A stretch of DNA of 63,804 bases, counting the filler, from Octopus bimaculoides (taxonomy: Eukaryota), in assembly GCF_001194135.2 (NCBI RefSeq). It is 5 parts of 5 records of this genome, joined end to end, with 100 filler letters (N's around TTAATTAATTAA, not from the genome) between each part and the next. Parts side by side here need not be neighbours in the genome. Positions count along the whole stretch, not along the records: positions 59,575 to 63,804 come from NC_068981.1; 4 more parts are not named here. One strand, 5' to 3'. Shown piece after piece: positions 60,586 to 63,804 of the stretch (position 1 is the stretch's first letter; every line of letters starts with the position of its first letter). The notes beneath the pieces were generated by a model. The model had not been told where the DNA came from and did no database searches. It saw only the letters and a list, made by a program, of their open reading frames with translations. The translations under genes and the position numbers were made by a program.

Positions 60586-63424
60586 TTTCTTCCTTTCCTT
60601 GCTTCCTTGGGGCACCATCATGGTGGAAGTGTACCTTGGAGAAATTTAAATCTGGTGGAGTTGATGTCTGTCCAGGTTTGAACACAGCTGAGATCTTCCT
60701 GAAAGAAAAAGTTAAAAAAAGAACCAAGTGAGAAGAATTTACTCAATACTGGACTAGTACCTTTATTGACTACAAAATGCTGAAAAATAAAATTTGACTT
60801 TGACAGGAGTTGAACTGTGAGAGCATAGAGCCAAAACAATTCATTATACCAACTCTCTACCAACTTGTTGAACACATGTATAGCTGTCTAAGAATCCAAA
60901 AGTCGGAAAGAATAGGCACTTGTCAGAGTGGTATATAAAATGAAAGTATGGAGTATTATAGATCCATCACATCTGTTCTTGCCTATTGGTTTTGCACCAA
61001 ATATTGAAGATAATTGGATGATAATTTAATAAATATGCTCCTTACAGTTGGCAGGCATGGTAAAAATGGTGATTACACTCTGTTACTGGAAGTGAAGAAG
61101 TGTTACATTTGGTAGGAAGGGGAAAACTTGTTTTCCCTCTCTCTTTACAATAAAAAATATTGTGCTACTTTACATGAAATTTCTGAAATTCNNNNNNNNN
61201 NNNNNNNNNNNNNNNNNNNNNNNNNNNNNNNNNNNNNNNNNNNNNNNNNNNNNNNNNNNNNNNNNNNNNNNNNNNNNNNNNNNNNNNNNNNNNNNNNNNN
61301 NNNNNNNNNNNNNNNNNNNNNNNNNNNNNNNNNNNNNNNNNNNNNNNNNNNNNNNNNNNNNNNNNNNNNNNNNNNNNNNNNNNNNNNNNNNNNNNNNNNN
61401 NNNNNNNNNNNNNNNNNNNNNNNNNNNNNNNNNNNNNNNNNNNNNNNNNNNNNNNNNNNNNNNNNNNNNNNNNNNNNNNNNNNNNNNNNNNNNNNNNNNN
61501 NNNNNNNNNNNNNNNNNNNNNNNNNNNNNNNNNNNNNNNNNNNNNNNNNNNNNNNNNNNNNNNNNNNNNNNNNNNNNNNNNNNNNNNNNNNNNNNNNNNN
61601 NNNNNNNNNNNNNNNNNNNNNNNNNNNNNNNNNNNNNNNNNNNNNNNNNNNNNNNNNNNNNNNNNNNNNNNNNNNNNNNNNNNNNNNNNNNNNNNNNNNN
61701 NNNNNNNNNNNNNNNNNNNNNNNNNNNNNNNNNNNNNNNNNNNNNNNNNNNNNNNNNNNNNNNNNNNNNNNNNNNNNNNNNNNNNNNNNNNNNNNNNNNN
61801 NNNNNNNNNNNNNNNNNNNNNNNNNNNNNNAAAAGTTGATTTTTTTCTTTTGGTGATTGGGTAGACTGTGCAGGTCTCAGTGTAACTTTTTGAGGAGGGT
61901 GTTTGCAAAATATTCTCAATATTTAATTAAATTTTCTCCACTTGTGAAAAAATAGTTGTAAGATAATTTAAAAGTCATTAAGCTGGTAATAATTAAACCA
62001 TCCCCATTGTATTTTTCCAGTTTTTTTTTTTTTGGTTAACAACAGTTTCATTTTCTAAATATTTATAATGAATGAGACAAAATAACTGTGACGTTAGGCT
62101 GCTATAACTACTTACTACATGGTCAGAAGTTCAGAATTTAGTGTTACTGTTGTGACCAGGTGAATGAATTAAGTTTAATGTTAAACTAGATATTGCTGCC
62201 ATGAAGACTATAGGTTTGACTTCAATATAGATCAAACAATATCAGTTAATGTGATTGGTTTTCTAGTAAATATCAAAGAGTAATAGAAACTTAATACAAG
62301 ATAGCAACAGATGAATGGTAAAGGCATTTGGATATTTTGAGATGCAGCATGAAAAAGCACTGCTATCATATATCATCATCATCATCATCATCTATCGACT
62401 TTTCCATGCTTGCATGGATCAGATGGTGCTTATTTGAGACAGATTTTCTATGATCAGGTACCTTTCCTGTCACCAACCCCCATCTGTTTCCAAGCAACAA
62501 GGTAATATTTCTCCCTGGCCAGACATGTTCTCATAGAATATTGGAAATGAATGATGCTGTTAGTATGACAAGCAAGGAGATACAAGCACACACACACACA
62601 CCTATATATATATATAATTATATATATATATNNNNNNNNNNNNNNNNNNNNNNNNNNNNNNNNNNNNNNNNNNNNNNNNNNNNNNNNNNNNNNNNNNNNN
62701 NNNNNNNNNNNNNNNNNNNNNNNNNNNNNNNNNNNNNNNNNNNNNNNNNNNNNNNNNNNNNNNNNNNNNNNNNNNNNNNNNNNNNNNNNNNNNNNNNNNN
62801 NNNGACAGAGACTTCAAATCCGATATATCGATTTATCGAATTTGAAGTCTCTGTCTCTTTTGAATATGAAAATTTAAAAGTTTAAAAACTTTATAATATA
62901 AATATAAACTGTGAGAACGACCCTTAAGGAATCTAGTTAATGATCTCCTAAGGTAAGTTCTTATGCTATATTGGTAACGGTTGCTACATCCTCTGAGAAA
63001 ATTATTATATATATATATATATATATATATGTGAGTGTGTGTCTGTGTATATATCTTTGTATGTCTGTATTTGTTCCTCCATCACTGCTTGTCAACCAGT
63101 GCTGGTGTGTTTACATCCCCGTAACTTAGCAGTTTGGCAAAAGAGACTGACAGACGTTAATCGATGATGATGATGATATATATGGCTGCTATTATCAATG
63201 TCATCGTTTATTAATGTCCCTCTGTACTATGTCCAGATGGGTCTGATGGAATTTAATGTAGATTTTCAATCACTGGATACCCTTCCTGTTGCCACCCTTC
63301 ACCTGATTCCAAGTAAGGTGATATTACCTCATGTTTAGACACATTTCCCTGGAAGATTCGAAATGAAGGACACAGCTTGTATGATGGTAACACTCGTTTA
63401 CAACCATCATGTGAAGAAAAGACT

Positions 63425-63605
63425 GAGAGACAGAATCGATAGTGTGCCGGACAAAATGCTGAATAGCAATTTCATCAGCCTTTACATTCAGAGTTCAAAT
63501 TCCACCGAGGCCAACTTAGCCTTTTATCCTTTCACGGTTGATGAAATAAGTAATAGTGAAGCAGTGGAGTTGATGTAATCTTAACTTATTCCCGCCAAAA
63601 TTTCA
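63425..63605 (+). mobile_element. SINE family B, diverged
   Basis: GACAGAATCGATAG..GAGTTCAAATTCCACCGAGG..GATGAAATAAGTA. Confidence 0.7.
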
Positions 63606-63804
63606 GTCCTTAATTACGCACAATACCAATATGTCTGATCAGTAAAATAATGATAATTTGAAGAGATACCAGTGAAATGCTGATGATTTTTTTTACCATC
63701 ATCACTGTCTAGGGAGATGTAGTTCTTCTATACTTTTGTTTTAGAAGTAAGTTGCAGTCCTCATATATATATATATATCATCATCATCATCGTTTAACAT
63801 CAGC

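Noticed and set aside
62804-62855. 52-nt hairpin GACAGAGACTTCAAAT..ATTTGAAGTCTCTGTC
   Set aside because: Starts exactly at a contig edge, so its extent and authenticity cannot be judged; counted only in the aggregate finding.

Overview
AT-rich, gap-containing eukaryotic scaffold. The SINE families, RTE 3' tails and microsatellite load suggest an octopus or other coleoid cephalopod (inference). No prokaryotic features and no CRISPR array. Two host genes are visible, both as 3' exons on the minus strand. One is a CtIP/RBBP8 (Sae2-domain) gene with clear exons at 32275-32170, 30803-30656 and 27701-27562. The other is an ICA69/ICA1 gene with exons at 52000-51909, 50739-50611, 50526-50260, 50167-50004 and 49897-49790, plus a candidate in-frame cassette exon at 51551-51444. 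Most of the rest is nested, decayed transposons: a Penelope-like element with a 5' inversion and decayed hammerhead, several RTE LINEs, I-clade, R4/Dong and CR1-like LINE pieces, a hAT element, a full-length Merlin (IS1595-like) element with ~445-bp TIRs and an 8-bp TSD, a Gypsy provirus, Helitrons (one carrying a solo LTR), a Chapaev3-like element, fold-back MITEs and three SINE families. A recurring theme is local inverted duplication and fold-back structure. I found no clear intact novel multi-gene system. Most ORFs in the supplied track are spurious or TE pseudogene fragments. All protein assignments come from motif recognition by eye, not database searches, and boundaries of decayed elements are approximate.
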